This document shows, in pieces, positions 37,502 through 47,619 of a stretch of DNA of 59,963 bases; the first letter of the stretch is position 1, and every line of letters starts with the position of its first letter. Made by a program: the position numbers and the translations under genes. The DNA is from an uncultured virus (IMG/VR IMGVR_UViG_3300022927_001927) (Duplodnaviria; Heunggongvirae; Uroviricota; Caudoviricetes), in IMG/VR virus record IMGVR_UViG_3300022927_001927; one strand, given 5' to 3'. The notes beneath the pieces were generated by a model, which worked only from the letters and a program-made list of their open reading frames with translations, was not told the DNA's origin and did no database searches.

Positions 37502-37858
37502 ATGGCTTGTAAATGTAAAGATTGTAAGTGCGGAGAAATGACTAATGAAAAGGTCATTGAGCAAATGGATGATCAGAGAAAACCTTATACTGAAAGAGTA
37601 TATGCATCTTTTGCGTTTGATACCGAAATTAGAGAAAGACATTTTGACAAGACAGCACCAGAACATTTATTTAAATGGCACTGGGATGAAGAAGACCGTT
37701 GGGTTGAAGCCATATATGAAAATGATTGGAAGTTTCAATTTGATAATGAACTCCCACAAGATATTCCACCAGGAAAAATCATCCAAATACCTAAAGGCTA
37801 TATTCATAGGCTGATAAAAGGTACCACTCCCTTAAGTATTTCTATTACAATCCGTTAA
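37502..37858 (+). CDS. Small cupin-like protein
   Basis: WH.DEEDR, WKFQFDNELP, I.IPKG..HRLIKG. Confidence 0.7.
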   Translation: MACKCKDCKCGEMTNEKVIEQMDDQRKPYTERVYASFAFDTEIRERHFDKTAPEHLFKWHWDEEDRWVEAIYENDWKFQFDNELPQDIPPGKIIQIPKGYIHRLIKGTTPLSISITIR

Positions 37859-37882
37859 ACCTTTTTAAGTTTGTGGGTATAA
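37856..37882 (+). promoter_or_regulatory. Class B promoter
   Basis: TAAAC-N17-TATAA. Confidence 0.7.
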
Positions 37883-37909
37883 TTAATATACTGATACACA
37901 AAACTTAAT

Positions 37910-39928
37910 ATGGGAGAAATTTATCCAGAAGACGAAAACATCCATTCAGAGAAAAGAGCAAGAAAGAAAATCAATTCTCTTACCGTACTTGATTCTTATG
38001 GTACCAATGTATCGCAACTTGCTATCGATGGTAAGTTAGATCCTGTGATTGGTCGTGAAGACGAAATACTTAGAGTAATTCAAATCTTAGGTAGACGCCG
38101 TAAAAACAATCCTGTCCTTGTTGGAGAGCCTGGTGTAGGTAAGACTGCTATTGTTGAAGGATTGGCAAACAGAATCATTGAAGGTAATGTACCTGTTACT
38201 TTACAAGGCAAAACCTTATATACTTTGGAACTTTCTACTATCGTAGCCGGTACAAAATACAGAGGTCAGTTCGAGGAACGGATGAAAGCCATCGTTGATG
38301 AGCTTACTGAAAACCCAGATGTTATTATCTTTATTGATGAACTCCACACTATTATGGGTGCAGGCGGATCTACTGGTTCTCTTGATGCATCAAACATTAT
38401 AAAGCCTGCATTGGCTCGTGGTGAAATTAGATGTATCGGTGCAACAACATTTGATGAGTTTAGGGAAAGTATTGAAGAAGATGGTGCTTTAGATAGAAGA
38501 TTCCAAAAAGTAGTAGTTGAACCACCATCGTTAGAAGAAACTATTGAAATCCTAAGTCACCTAAGACATAAGTATTCAGAATACCATAATGTAAATTACT
38601 CTGATGAAATCATTAACTTAATAGTTAAAGTTTCGGATCAATACATTATGGATAGATACTTTCCAGACAAAGCTGTAGATATTTTGGATGAGGTAGGTTC
38701 TTATAAACATCTTAAGCATATTAAGATACCGCAAAAGATAAAAAATCTTGAGCAAAAACTAAATCTAAAAGAACAAGAAAAGAAAGAAGCTGTTAGATCC
38801 CAACAGTATGAAGTTGCTGCAAAGCATAGAGATTCTTGTTTATCTCTTAAAGAAACTATAGCAAAAGAATACTCGAGGTGGAAAGATCAAATTTCAACTG
38901 TACGAATGGAAATAACTGAAGATGATATTTTATATGTAGTTTCCAAAGCAACCGGAGTTCCTATTGAAAAAATAACCGATAAAGAGAATAAAAATCTTTT
39001 AGGTATTAATAAGCATCTATCATCAAAGGTAATGGGACAAGATGAAGCTATAGATAAAATATCGGTAACCATTCAACGTAATCGTGTAGGTATTAGGAAG
39101 AGAGATCGTACTATGGGTAACTTTATTTTCTTAGGCCCAACTGGTGTAGGTAAAACTCAATTGGCAAAAGAATTAAGTTCTTATCTTTTTAACTCCGATG
39201 ACGATCTTATTCGTATTGATATGAGTGAATACATGGAACCTCACTCTGTCTCTAAACTTATTGGATCTCCTCCAGGTTATGTAGGTCATGAATCTGGTGG
39301 GTTTCTAACGGAGCAGGTAAAGAGAAAGCCACACTCTGTTATATTATTTGATGAAATTGAAAAAGCTCATCCAGAAGTGTTTAATGTACTCCTTCAAATG
39401 TTAGATGATGGGTTCTTAACTGATTCTCTAGGTAGAACAATTGATTTTAGGAACTGTTTGGTTATCTTAACATCTAATACCGGCTCAAGAAAGGTACAAG
39501 AATTTGGTACAGGTATTGGGTTTGGTTCTAAAACAGTAGCACAAGAACACCAAGCCGAAAAGGATATCATTAATAAAGCTCTTAAACAAAAATTTGCACC
39601 AGAATTCTTAAATCGTATCGATGAGGTAATTATCTTTAATTCATTAACTAAAGATAATGTAATGAATATTCTTAATAAGGAATGTAAAGAACTTGCCGAA
39701 AATCTAAACGATATAGGTGATTATGTATTAAAGGTTAGTAAAGATGCAAAGGATATTATTTTGGAACAAGGTTATGATCCTAAGTATGGTGCTAGGCCAT
39801 TAAGAAGGTCATTAGAAAGACTTATAGAAAATCCTGTAGCTGAAATGATTCTTAAAGGTCAATTAACCGAAGGTGATACAATCAAGGTAGCCGCCACTAA
39901 AGGGGTAATTAAAATAACTAAAGGATAA
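37910..39928 (+). CDS. clpC: ClpC/ClpA-type AAA+ ATPase lacking the Clp N-domain
   Basis: LDPVIGR, GEPGVGKT, FIDELH, UVR-like middle (QQYE.AA..RD), GPTGVGKT, RIDMSEY, GSPPGYVG, IGF loop, GARPL. Confidence 0.92.
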   Translation: MGEIYPEDENIHSEKRARKKINSLTVLDSYGTNVSQLAIDGKLDPVIGREDEILRVIQILGRRRKNNPVLVGEPGVGKTAIVEGLANRIIEGNVPVTLQGKTLYTLELSTIVAGTKYRGQFEERMKAIVDELTENPDVIIFIDELHTIMGAGGSTGSLDASNIIKPALARGEIRCIGATTFDEFRESIEEDGALDRRFQKVVVEPPSLEETIEILSHLRHKYSEYHNVNYSDEIINLIVKVSDQYIMDRYFPDKAVDILDEVGSYKHLKHIKIPQKIKNLEQKLNLKEQEKKEAVRSQQYEVAAKHRDSCLSLKETIAKEYSRWKDQISTVRMEITEDDILYVVSKATGVPIEKITDKENKNLLGINKHLSSKVMGQDEAIDKISVTIQRNRVGIRKRDRTMGNFIFLGPTGVGKTQLAKELSSYLFNSDDDLIRIDMSEYMEPHSVSKLIGSPPGYVGHESGGFLTEQVKRKPHSVILFDEIEKAHPEVFNVLLQMLDDGFLTDSLGRTIDFRNCLVILTSNTGSRKVQEFGTGIGFGSKTVAQEHQAEKDIINKALKQKFAPEFLNRIDEVIIFNSLTKDNVMNILNKECKELAENLNDIGDYVLKVSKDAKDIILEQGYDPKYGARPLRRSLERLIENPVAEMILKGQLTEGDTIKVAATKGVIKITKG

Positions 39929-39952
39929 ACCTTTTGTCAAATCTTCATATAA
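39926..39952 (+). promoter_or_regulatory. Class B promoter
   Basis: TAAAC-N17-TATAA. Confidence 0.7.
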
Positions 39953-39962
39953 AAATAAAACA

Positions 39963-41009
39963 ATGTATAGTTTAACTTACGACGATATTCAACTTGTACC
40001 ACGATTCTCAAAGGTTAAATCTCGCCAAGATATTTCACTAAGAACAAAGCTTAGTAGGAATTATGATCTTCTTATTCCTATCGTAGCATCTCCAATGGAT
40101 ACTGTATGTGAAGTAGATATGGCCGTTAAGATGTTCCGTATGGGTGGTGTTGGATGTATACACAGATTCAATACACCCGAGGAACAGGCACAAATAGTAA
40201 AAGAATTGTGTTACCGAATCTTTGGGGAAAACGGAGAAGGACATTTACTTTTTGATTGGGCTGAGGAAGATAAGATTCCTATTATGGCTGCAATTGGTGT
40301 TAGTGAAGATGATAAGAGAAGAGCAGAATTACTTGATGCTGCAGGTGTTTCGGTTATCTTAATTGATGTTGCTCACGGTGATCATCAAAATGTAATTGAC
40401 ATGATTGCTTGGTGTAAAGAATACTTATCTGATGATATTGATATTATTGCAGGAAATATTGCAACTGCTAAAGCAGCCGAAAGATTACAAGATGCTGGAG
40501 CTGATGGTCTTAGGGTTGGAATTGGTGGAGGTTCTCTTTGTACCACTAGGATTAAGACTGGCTTTGGCGTTCCTAATGTTTCTTGTATTGAAGACATTGT
40601 AAAAGTTGCTGAAGTACCTGTGATGGCTGATGGTGGAATCCGAAGTAGTGGTGATATTGCAAAAGCATTAGCGATTGGAGCTGACAATGTAATGATTGGA
40701 TCTCTTATTGCAGGTACCGATGAAGCACCTGGTCAAATAGTTGAAAAACATAATGGATTGTATAAAAGATACCGAGGCTCTGCTTCACTGGAGACAAAAA
40801 CAGTTCATGGCCAAGTCCAAAGAAATGTTGAAGGTGAATCAACGGTTATCCCTTATAAAGGAGGTGTTAAGTTTATCATCAATGGATTGGTTGATGGAAT
40901 CCGTTCTGCGTTATCTTACGGTGGAGCCGATTCATTAGATCATTATCACCCAGATTATGTAATAGTAACAAACTCAGGAATTAACGAAGCAAAACCACAT
41001 TTATTATGA
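39963..41009 (+). CDS. IMP dehydrogenase / GMP reductase family protein (no CBS domains)
   Basis: LTYDDI.LVP, SPMDTV, IDVAHG, GIGGGSLCTTR, ADGGIR..GDI.KA, YRGSAS, VEG. Confidence 0.92.
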   Translation: MYSLTYDDIQLVPRFSKVKSRQDISLRTKLSRNYDLLIPIVASPMDTVCEVDMAVKMFRMGGVGCIHRFNTPEEQAQIVKELCYRIFGENGEGHLLFDWAEEDKIPIMAAIGVSEDDKRRAELLDAAGVSVILIDVAHGDHQNVIDMIAWCKEYLSDDIDIIAGNIATAKAAERLQDAGADGLRVGIGGGSLCTTRIKTGFGVPNVSCIEDIVKVAEVPVMADGGIRSSGDIAKALAIGADNVMIGSLIAGTDEAPGQIVEKHNGLYKRYRGSASLETKTVHGQVQRNVEGESTVIPYKGGVKFIINGLVDGIRSALSYGGADSLDHYHPDYVIVTNSGINEAKPHLL

Positions 41010-41290
41010 GAGGCATATCAGTAAAAAGAACCCATACTCTATTTCTTAACTTATTTGATGATGAGAGTGTACATGTAGAATACCTTGGAAAGTTTGATGG
41101 CAAAAAATGGTATTCTTGGAATACTTTTGGACCAACGGAAGGTCTTACTCCAGATTTTGATTCTCATCTTGTAACAGAATCAGAGGTTATAAATAGAATT
41201 GAATTATTAGGAGAACATGATCAATTAACTCCAAAGGATCAATTGGCAGTTGACATCTTCTTTGGCAAAAGTGTAACATTTAACTTATGA
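41006..41290 (+). CDS. Hypothetical protein
   Basis: ATGA overlaps on both sides. Confidence 0.65.
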   Translation: MRGISVKRTHTLFLNLFDDESVHVEYLGKFDGKKWYSWNTFGPTEGLTPDFDSHLVTESEVINRIELLGEHDQLTPKDQLAVDIFFGKSVTFNL

Positions 41291-42345
41291 ACATAGATAA
41301 ACAATATCAAGAATTACTCCAAACGATATTAGATCATGGTATAGAAAAGAAAGATAGAACGGGTACAGGAACTAAGTCTATCTTTGGATATACTATTAGG
41401 CATAATATGAAAGATGGTTTTCCTTTGCTAACCACTAAAAAGATGGCATGGAGAACAATGGTTACCGAATTACTCTGGTTCTTAAAGGGTGACACAAACA
41501 TACAATACTTAGTTAAGAACGGCTGTAACATTTGGAATGGTGATGCTTATAAGAATTACCAATTAATGATTGTGAATGCCGTTGACATTGATATGTTATC
41601 ACAAGAAGAGTATGTTGAAAAAATCCGCACTGATGACGAGTTTGCAAAGTTATTTGGAGACTTAGGTCCTATCTACGGTAAACAGTGGAGGAGTTGGGTT
41701 GGTGAGAGTTCAACAGCTCAAGGCAGTTTATCGGCATCAACTACGTTTGGGAATATAGATCAAATCCAAAACCTCATCAACGACCTTAGAACAAATCCAG
41801 ATAGTAGACGATTGATGGTTAATGCTTGGAATGTAGGTGAGTTAGACCAAATGACACTTCCACCTTGTCATTATGGATTCCAGGTTTATACTAAGGAACT
41901 TACTGAAGCTGAAAGAATTGAATATTGGACTTCATTTATAGGAAAAAGTATTCATTACGGCTCAAAATTTACAAATGAAAAACTTGATAAATTAGGAGTA
42001 CCTAAGAGATCACTTTCATTAATGTGGAACCAAAGATCTGTTGATACTTTTTTAGGACTACCTTTTAATATTGCTTCTTATGCATTACTTTTAACAATTC
42101 TTGCAAAAGAGGTTAATATGGTACCTGATCAATTAATAGGTAACTTAGGAGATACACACCTCTATCTTAATCATTTAGAACAAGCAAAAGAACAGATAAG
42201 AAGAGAGCCTTATGAATTACCTAATGTTATTTTTAAGGATCATTTAAGTGATTTTGATAGCATTATAGATATATTAAGGGTTAAGGATTTTATCTTGGAT
42301 AAGTATGAATCTCACCCTACAATTAAAGCACCATTAAGTAATTAA
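41287..42345 (+). CDS. thyA: Thymidylate synthase
   Basis: DRTGTGT, FPLLTTKK, ELLWFL.G, LGPIYG.QWR, LPPCH, QRSVD.FLGLPFN, GDTHLY.NH. Confidence 0.97.
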   Translation: MNIDKQYQELLQTILDHGIEKKDRTGTGTKSIFGYTIRHNMKDGFPLLTTKKMAWRTMVTELLWFLKGDTNIQYLVKNGCNIWNGDAYKNYQLMIVNAVDIDMLSQEEYVEKIRTDDEFAKLFGDLGPIYGKQWRSWVGESSTAQGSLSASTTFGNIDQIQNLINDLRTNPDSRRLMVNAWNVGELDQMTLPPCHYGFQVYTKELTEAERIEYWTSFIGKSIHYGSKFTNEKLDKLGVPKRSLSLMWNQRSVDTFLGLPFNIASYALLLTILAKEVNMVPDQLIGNLGDTHLYLNHLEQAKEQIRREPYELPNVIFKDHLSDFDSIIDILRVKDFILDKYESHPTIKAPLSN

Positions 42346-42430
42346 TTATGAAAAAAATTAGATGGGGATTTTTGGCAGCCTGGGCTATAATTATAACATT
42401 TAGTATATGGCTTTGGGTAAAGATATTTAA

Positions 42431-44389
42431 ATGGATTTTTTAATGAAAGAAAGAATTGCATTATTTACCACAGTTGATGAAAGTTATATAAAAAATGCTA
42501 TAAGATGCTTTCAGATATTTAAGGAAAATAATCCTGGGGTATTTGATTACTTTATAATTACTTCAGCAAACGTAGAGTCTTATCAAGAAGAGTTGTATAA
42601 AAATAACATTAATGTTATAAATGTTGACTTAAGCGATGTCTTTAAGATTGATGATCGTTTTGGGTACCCTTCTGAAATGTACTGGTATAATTGGGCCCCT
42701 TTAGAATTTAACAAAAGAGGATATAAATTTTCCATGTGCGTTGATTCCGACAACGTTAATATGAAACCTCTTAACTTTGATTGGTTAAGTGATGATTTTG
42801 CTTTAGCAGGGTCGCCAAGAATGAGAAATGATCTTTCTGAAGAAATTGATGCATGGTATTATATCCAAGCAATTTCATCTAAAGAAAAATCTGATTATTT
42901 AGAAAGGAAATTTGATTTAATTAATAAGGATAACATCATAGATATCCATTCAGGCGTATTAATATTTAATAACGAAAGATGGGTATCAGAAAATCTATAT
43001 GAAAAATCTTTAGAGTTATTTAATAAATCTAAAGATGATGATTATCCTATGATAGATGATGATTCATTATTAGGTTTGTTATTACTCGTAACACCTAAAC
43101 ATCTTTATAAGCACATAAGTGTTGGGTGGAATTGGTATTACGAACAACCTGAGTATAGAACCTTTGGTGGTGAAGATGTTGAAATTCTTCATATGAATTG
43201 GTTAAAGCCTTGGGCTAAATCATTTAATACGATAAATGATAATTTGAATAAAGGATATAAGATATGGAATATGGAAAATAAAAAAACAATTCATGTAATA
43301 GGGTGCCCAGGTAACCCTTCAGCACAAAACATAACTATTGACCCTTTCGCAAGAGTAAGTTATTATTTGACTACATACTTACATAGAAACGATTGGAATG
43401 TTGAATATTATGGTTATGAAGAATCCACAGTGGAATGTAGTAAAAAATGGGGCTGTGTAAACATTCCTTGGAAAGAAAAATATACAACACATAATACAGA
43501 TTCTCCGCCTGAAGTTACATGGGAATTTGTTAGGGACTTCTGTGATAAAGTAAGACCTTATTTAAGAGATAGGGCAAAACCTGGTGATATAGTTTTATGT
43601 ACATGGTCATCACATATTCAAAATTTACAGGAATTTAAAGAGATCGGTGTTAAGTTAGTGGATGCTCATGTTGGTCATTATTCACCTAATCCATTAACCA
43701 CGTATCATGTATACGCAAGCGATTCTCTCCGTAGTTGGATGTATGCAAAAGATGAGGATGCATATATGAATTGTAAATGGCATGATGTAGTCATTCCACC
43801 AATGGCCCATAGCTTAAATGATTATACATATACACCACAAAAAGGCAATTACTTTTTATTTATGTCTAGGTTAATTGAAAATAAAGGTTTAGGCATTGTA
43901 TTTGATATTGCTAATCAAATGAGAGATCATGAATTTAAGATAGCAGGGCCAGGTAATTGGGATTATTGGAAAAATCAAGCACCACCTAATGTTGAATACA
44001 TAGGGTATCTTGATGGTGATCTACGGAGACAGTGGGTATCTTCAGCAAAAGCAGTGATAACTCCTGCATTATATTTTGAACCGTTTGGCTTAACTGCTGT
44101 TGAATCTGCCGTTTCAGGAACACCTGTTATAACTACCGATTGGGGTGGGTATACAAACAATGTAGTTCATGGTGTTACTGGTTTTAGGTGTACTCATTTA
44201 TCAGAATTTATTGAGGCAATCGAAAACATAGATGAAATAGATCCTAGTGATTGTAGAGGGTGGGGTGAAGCTCATTCCGCAGAAAACCTTATACATAGAT
44301 GGGAAGATTATCTTATAAGGGTTGCAAGAGAAGATTGGCATGACTTAAAAATAAAAGATTATATTAGACTCTCTTTCAGAAAACAGTAA
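42431..44389 (+). CDS. Fused glycosyltransferase (GT8-like GT-A plus GT4-like GT-B)
   Basis: VDSD, HSGVL.FN, WN, H...KPW; then FLF.SRL...KG, EPFGL..VE...GTPVI.TD.GG. Confidence 0.85.
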   Translation: MDFLMKERIALFTTVDESYIKNAIRCFQIFKENNPGVFDYFIITSANVESYQEELYKNNINVINVDLSDVFKIDDRFGYPSEMYWYNWAPLEFNKRGYKFSMCVDSDNVNMKPLNFDWLSDDFALAGSPRMRNDLSEEIDAWYYIQAISSKEKSDYLERKFDLINKDNIIDIHSGVLIFNNERWVSENLYEKSLELFNKSKDDDYPMIDDDSLLGLLLLVTPKHLYKHISVGWNWYYEQPEYRTFGGEDVEILHMNWLKPWAKSFNTINDNLNKGYKIWNMENKKTIHVIGCPGNPSAQNITIDPFARVSYYLTTYLHRNDWNVEYYGYEESTVECSKKWGCVNIPWKEKYTTHNTDSPPEVTWEFVRDFCDKVRPYLRDRAKPGDIVLCTWSSHIQNLQEFKEIGVKLVDAHVGHYSPNPLTTYHVYASDSLRSWMYAKDEDAYMNCKWHDVVIPPMAHSLNDYTYTPQKGNYFLFMSRLIENKGLGIVFDIANQMRDHEFKIAGPGNWDYWKNQAPPNVEYIGYLDGDLRRQWVSSAKAVITPALYFEPFGLTAVESAVSGTPVITTDWGGYTNNVVHGVTGFRCTHLSEFIEAIENIDEIDPSDCRGWGEAHSAENLIHRWEDYLIRVAREDWHDLKIKDYIRLSFRKQ

Positions 44390-44403
44390 ACTTTGTTATA
44401 TTT
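44373..44403 (+). promoter_or_regulatory. Class A variant promoter
   Basis: CTTTCAGA-N15-TTATATTT. Confidence 0.6.
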
Positions 44404-44421
44404 AAATCAAATACTGTTTTT

Positions 44422-45387
44422 ATGAGTACACAATTAGGATACTGCTGTATCAATCTAAACTTACGCAATAAACCAATTACGGTCAATCGAACATGCAGAA
44501 AGGCTACATTCAAAGAACACGGCCTTTCTCATGTAAGTAACCTGGCATTACAAAATATCAGAGATCTTATTGAGATTGTCAAATGGAATGAACAGAACGG
44601 CTTCAAGGTATATCGCATGTCATCTGATATGTTTCCTTGGATGTCAGAGTACGAGATAGAAGATTTACCAGATTTTCAAAAGATCTCAACTTTACTTAAA
44701 GGGGTAGGAAATCTCGCCCTTAAATACGGTCAACGTCTATCATTTCATCCAGGCCCATTTAATGTTTTAGGTTCTCCTAACCCAGATCTTGTACAAAAGA
44801 CTATCAAAGAACTTAATCAACATTCTCAAATCATGGATATTATGGGTCTTCCACAATCTCGCTTGTATCCCATCAATATCCACTGTAATGGTGTATACGG
44901 TGATAAGAATGCTACTATGGGTAGATGGGCCTCTAATTATCTCAAACTATCCAAATCGGCACAATCAAGGCTTGTTGTAGAGAATGACGATAAGGGTAGT
45001 ATGTATTCAGTTAAAGATCTATATCAAGGTATTTTTATGCGAGTTCATGTACCTATTACTTTTGATTACCATCATCACAGATTCAATACAGGTGATCTTA
45101 CTGAACAAGAAGCTTTCGAATTGGCAATGTCCACATGGCACCATCACGGCGTAAGAGCGCTCTTTCATTATTCATCATGTCGTCGCACACACGAGCAATC
45201 AGATTCAAAAGCACAAGCCCATGCTGATTTTATTTACGAAAAGATCAATGATTACGGTCACTCTGTAGATATCGAAGTAGAGGCAAAAGCCAAAGAAGTT
45301 GCCGTACTAAAATACAAACAAGATTACGAAAGCCTCCTTGAGGAATATCTTCCGTTTGATATGCAAAAAGAAGTAGAACTAATTTAA
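44422..45387 (+). CDS. uvsE: UV DNA damage endonuclease
   Basis: LGYCCIN, YRMSSD.FP, RLSFHPG.F..L.SP, INIH, RL..ENDD, FDYHHH, HYS, HAD, EAKAKE. Confidence 0.95.
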   Translation: MSTQLGYCCINLNLRNKPITVNRTCRKATFKEHGLSHVSNLALQNIRDLIEIVKWNEQNGFKVYRMSSDMFPWMSEYEIEDLPDFQKISTLLKGVGNLALKYGQRLSFHPGPFNVLGSPNPDLVQKTIKELNQHSQIMDIMGLPQSRLYPINIHCNGVYGDKNATMGRWASNYLKLSKSAQSRLVVENDDKGSMYSVKDLYQGIFMRVHVPITFDYHHHRFNTGDLTEQEAFELAMSTWHHHGVRALFHYSSCRRTHEQSDSKAQAHADFIYEKINDYGHSVDIEVEAKAKEVAVLKYKQDYESLLEEYLPFDMQKEVELI

Positions 45388-45394
45388 ACACAAT

Positions 45395-45703
45395 ATGAGT
45401 ATAGAAGTTGTAAAAACAAAAGAAATGAAGAGTACCACTAAAGTAGAAGGTATTCTTGTACAAATGTCAAATAAACAATGGTATGCAATCACCAGGGTTC
45501 AACCACCTCGTTTTAGTTGGTACCTTCGTTGTGCTCCCTCCACTACCACAGGAAGACAATCAATGACTGAAGAAATCTTTATGTATCCCACGAAAGGAAA
45601 ACCTGATCTTGAAGAAGGTATCACAGAACTTAAAAATGTTCTTAATGGTGTCAAAGAAGGTCGTATAGAGAAGCCGAATTACAATCTGCTACCAAGACGA
45701 TAG
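45395..45703 (+). CDS. Hypothetical protein
   Basis: ORF. Confidence 0.65.
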   Translation: MSIEVVKTKEMKSTTKVEGILVQMSNKQWYAITRVQPPRFSWYLRCAPSTTTGRQSMTEEIFMYPTKGKPDLEEGITELKNVLNGVKEGRIEKPNYNLLPRR

Positions 45704-45705
45704 AT

Positions 45706-45810
45706 TGTTAATAACTTTTTTCACAATTTAGAGAAAAAAGTCTAGGAAAAATTTTCAATTCCCAAAAATTTGTATTATATTTATAATATACAAATTTAAA
45801 AAACGGAAAC
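45706..45810 (+). promoter_or_regulatory. Class A promoter module, copy 2
   Basis: Near-identical to 4001-4089. Confidence 0.8.
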
Positions 45811-46098
45811 ATGGAAACAATCCAAAACATCAAAGGTCAACTCGCCACAATGAGTACTGAGGAACTTAAGTCTCTCAAATCTGCAATCACTAGCCAACTA
45901 AACTACCGCTTCGGTAATGAATTGGCAGAAGCTAAAAGAAGTCTTTACATCGGTGCCACCTGTACAGTAGACCACCCAAAGGCTTACGGAAAACAATTCC
46001 GAGTAGAAAAGATCAATCCTAAGAACGTGGTCTGTTCCGAACTTGGAAATGGTCGCAAATGGACTATCACCGCTTCTATGTTAAACATTGTAAAGTAA
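45811..46098 (+). CDS. Small early protein (SH3-like beta C-terminus)
   Basis: Follows promoter module; VEKIN.K.V...W. Confidence 0.7.
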   Translation: METIQNIKGQLATMSTEELKSLKSAITSQLNYRFGNELAEAKRSLYIGATCTVDHPKAYGKQFRVEKINPKNVVCSELGNGRKWTITASMLNIVK

Positions 46099-46104
46099 GA
46101 AGCT

Positions 46105-46314
46105 ATGAGTATCAATGTTAACATTCCACAATTTATTGGATCTGCCCTCTGCACTGCAATCGCTTACCGCATTGCAGATGGCACTCTCCAGGAATACTTT
46201 GCCGGTCCTCTTAATGAAATGGCTACTTGCTTCATTGCACTTATCTTAGCCGGTGGATTATTCATCACATCACTTTCAAAAGTTAAAAGTAATGGATCCA
46301 AAGTACATTTCTAA
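46105..46314 (+). CDS. Small membrane protein
   Basis: Two hydrophobic segments. Confidence 0.6.
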   Translation: MSINVNIPQFIGSALCTAIAYRIADGTLQEYFAGPLNEMATCFIALILAGGLFITSLSKVKSNGSKVHF

Positions 46315-46543
46315 AGACACACTCTCACACTTTCTATCTGGGATGGAAAGATATGAAACTACCGAACTTCTCAATGATCTTAATGTATTAGATCTTCTAG
46401 GTGGAAAAACCCCTAAAGACCATGATGAGTCTGTTCCACCTTATGAAGCTGCCGAGGCTTTTCTTATCTTATTCCAAGAAAGAGAAGACTATGAACTATG
46501 TGATATGCTACTAAAGAAGTGGCCACAACTTAAAAATTCATAA
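46292..46543 (+). CDS. Hypothetical protein (UVR-like motif F.E.EDYE.C)
   Basis: ORF with FQEREDYELC. Confidence 0.6.
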   Translation: MDPKYISKDTLSHFLSGMERYETTELLNDLNVLDLLGGKTPKDHDESVPPYEAAEAFLILFQEREDYELCDMLLKKWPQLKNS

Positions 46544-46545
46544 CC

Positions 46546-46860
46546 ATGTTTTATGTAACTGGCTTTAAAAACTCTGACGGTACAGCCGACTGTCTTTCGG
46601 TAGGAATTGGAAAACAAGGCTCACATCTCATCAAAGAATGTATGTGTGTAGATTCAGTCTCAGGACATGAGATTGAAGAATTCCTTAGAGAACGAGTAAC
46701 AGACCCTCGCATCAAATGGGATTCTGAATATTCACAATTTTGTATCTGGGTAGATTCACTTGAAGAAGGAGAGGTAATTGCAAATCAACTCCGAGATGCT
46801 CTTATCACTGCTTATGAAAAGACTCTTATCTATAAAGAAGTAAAAGTATCATTATGCTAA
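46546..46860 (+). CDS. Hypothetical protein
   Basis: ORF. Confidence 0.65.
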   Translation: MFYVTGFKNSDGTADCLSVGIGKQGSHLIKECMCVDSVSGHEIEEFLRERVTDPRIKWDSEYSQFCIWVDSLEEGEVIANQLRDALITAYEKTLIYKEVKVSLC

Positions 46861-46864
46861 AAAT

Positions 46865-46954
46865 TGTTAATAACTTTTAGAAAAAAGTTGGGAAAAAGTT
46901 TTCAAATCCCAACAATTTGTATTATATTTATACTATAATTAATTAAACGGAACA
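46865..46954 (+). promoter_or_regulatory. Class A promoter module, copy 3
   Basis: TGTTAATAAC...GGAAAAAGTTTTCAAATCCCAAC...TTATATTT...AAACGGAAC-A-ATG. Confidence 0.8.
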
Positions 46955-47257
46955 ATGGATACAACAATTCGCATCACAGCACAGTACTACGAGAATTACG
47001 CAATCGGACCTAATGGCCTAGAAGGTGCTCCGCATTGGAAACCTAAAAATGGTCATGAGTTTATCATTAAGGCTGACTCTGACATGGTAATGTATGCCGA
47101 CGACCTTAAGGAAATTCTTATTGAGATGGTCGCTGCACAGTCAAATGACTATGAGAAATTTGAATACATCGACCATGATGTACAATTCTCGGAACCAACC
47201 CTACTGTCCACAGAGGACTTCATTTCTAAAGTACAAAAACAATTTAACCTTGCATAA
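46955..47257 (+). CDS. Hypothetical early protein
   Basis: QY.ENY...HWKPK.G motif; follows promoter. Confidence 0.7.
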   Translation: MDTTIRITAQYYENYAIGPNGLEGAPHWKPKNGHEFIIKADSDMVMYADDLKEILIEMVAAQSNDYEKFEYIDHDVQFSEPTLLSTEDFISKVQKQFNLA

Positions 47258-47258
47258 T

Positions 47259-47618
47259 ATGAACACATTCACACCTTCATTCAAACAAGCAGTTAACCGA
47301 GTGGCTGAGGAACTCGGACTATTGGAAGCCACAAACTCTCGTCATGAGAAAAATGGTACAATCGCATATACGGATCCTGTAACAGGCTGTACATATACCC
47401 TTCATACTAATGGGTACATCCGCCGAACTACACGATACTTTAGCCGACATGGTTCTACCTTTAGGCAAGTGTATCAATTGAATCGTACACGAAAGGTTCG
47501 TTACGGTGACGGCGAATGGCAATATTCAACCGAACGAGTAATGATGAGCCCTTGGGAGCAGTTAGGAAAATTAACCTCATCTACAATTTCATTTAGAGAA
47601 ACAAACTGGAGCAAATAA
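47259..47618 (+). CDS. Hypothetical protein
   Basis: ATG 47259 just after the upstream stop. Confidence 0.65.
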   Translation: MNTFTPSFKQAVNRVAEELGLLEATNSRHEKNGTIAYTDPVTGCTYTLHTNGYIRRTTRYFSRHGSTFRQVYQLNRTRKVRYGDGEWQYSTERVMMSPWEQLGKLTSSTISFRETNWSK

Positions 47619-47619
47619 G

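Noticed and set aside
41287..42345. Intron or intein in thyA (long, 352 aa)
   Set aside because: Extra length comes from short in-frame loop insertions; no splicing motifs and no stop codons.
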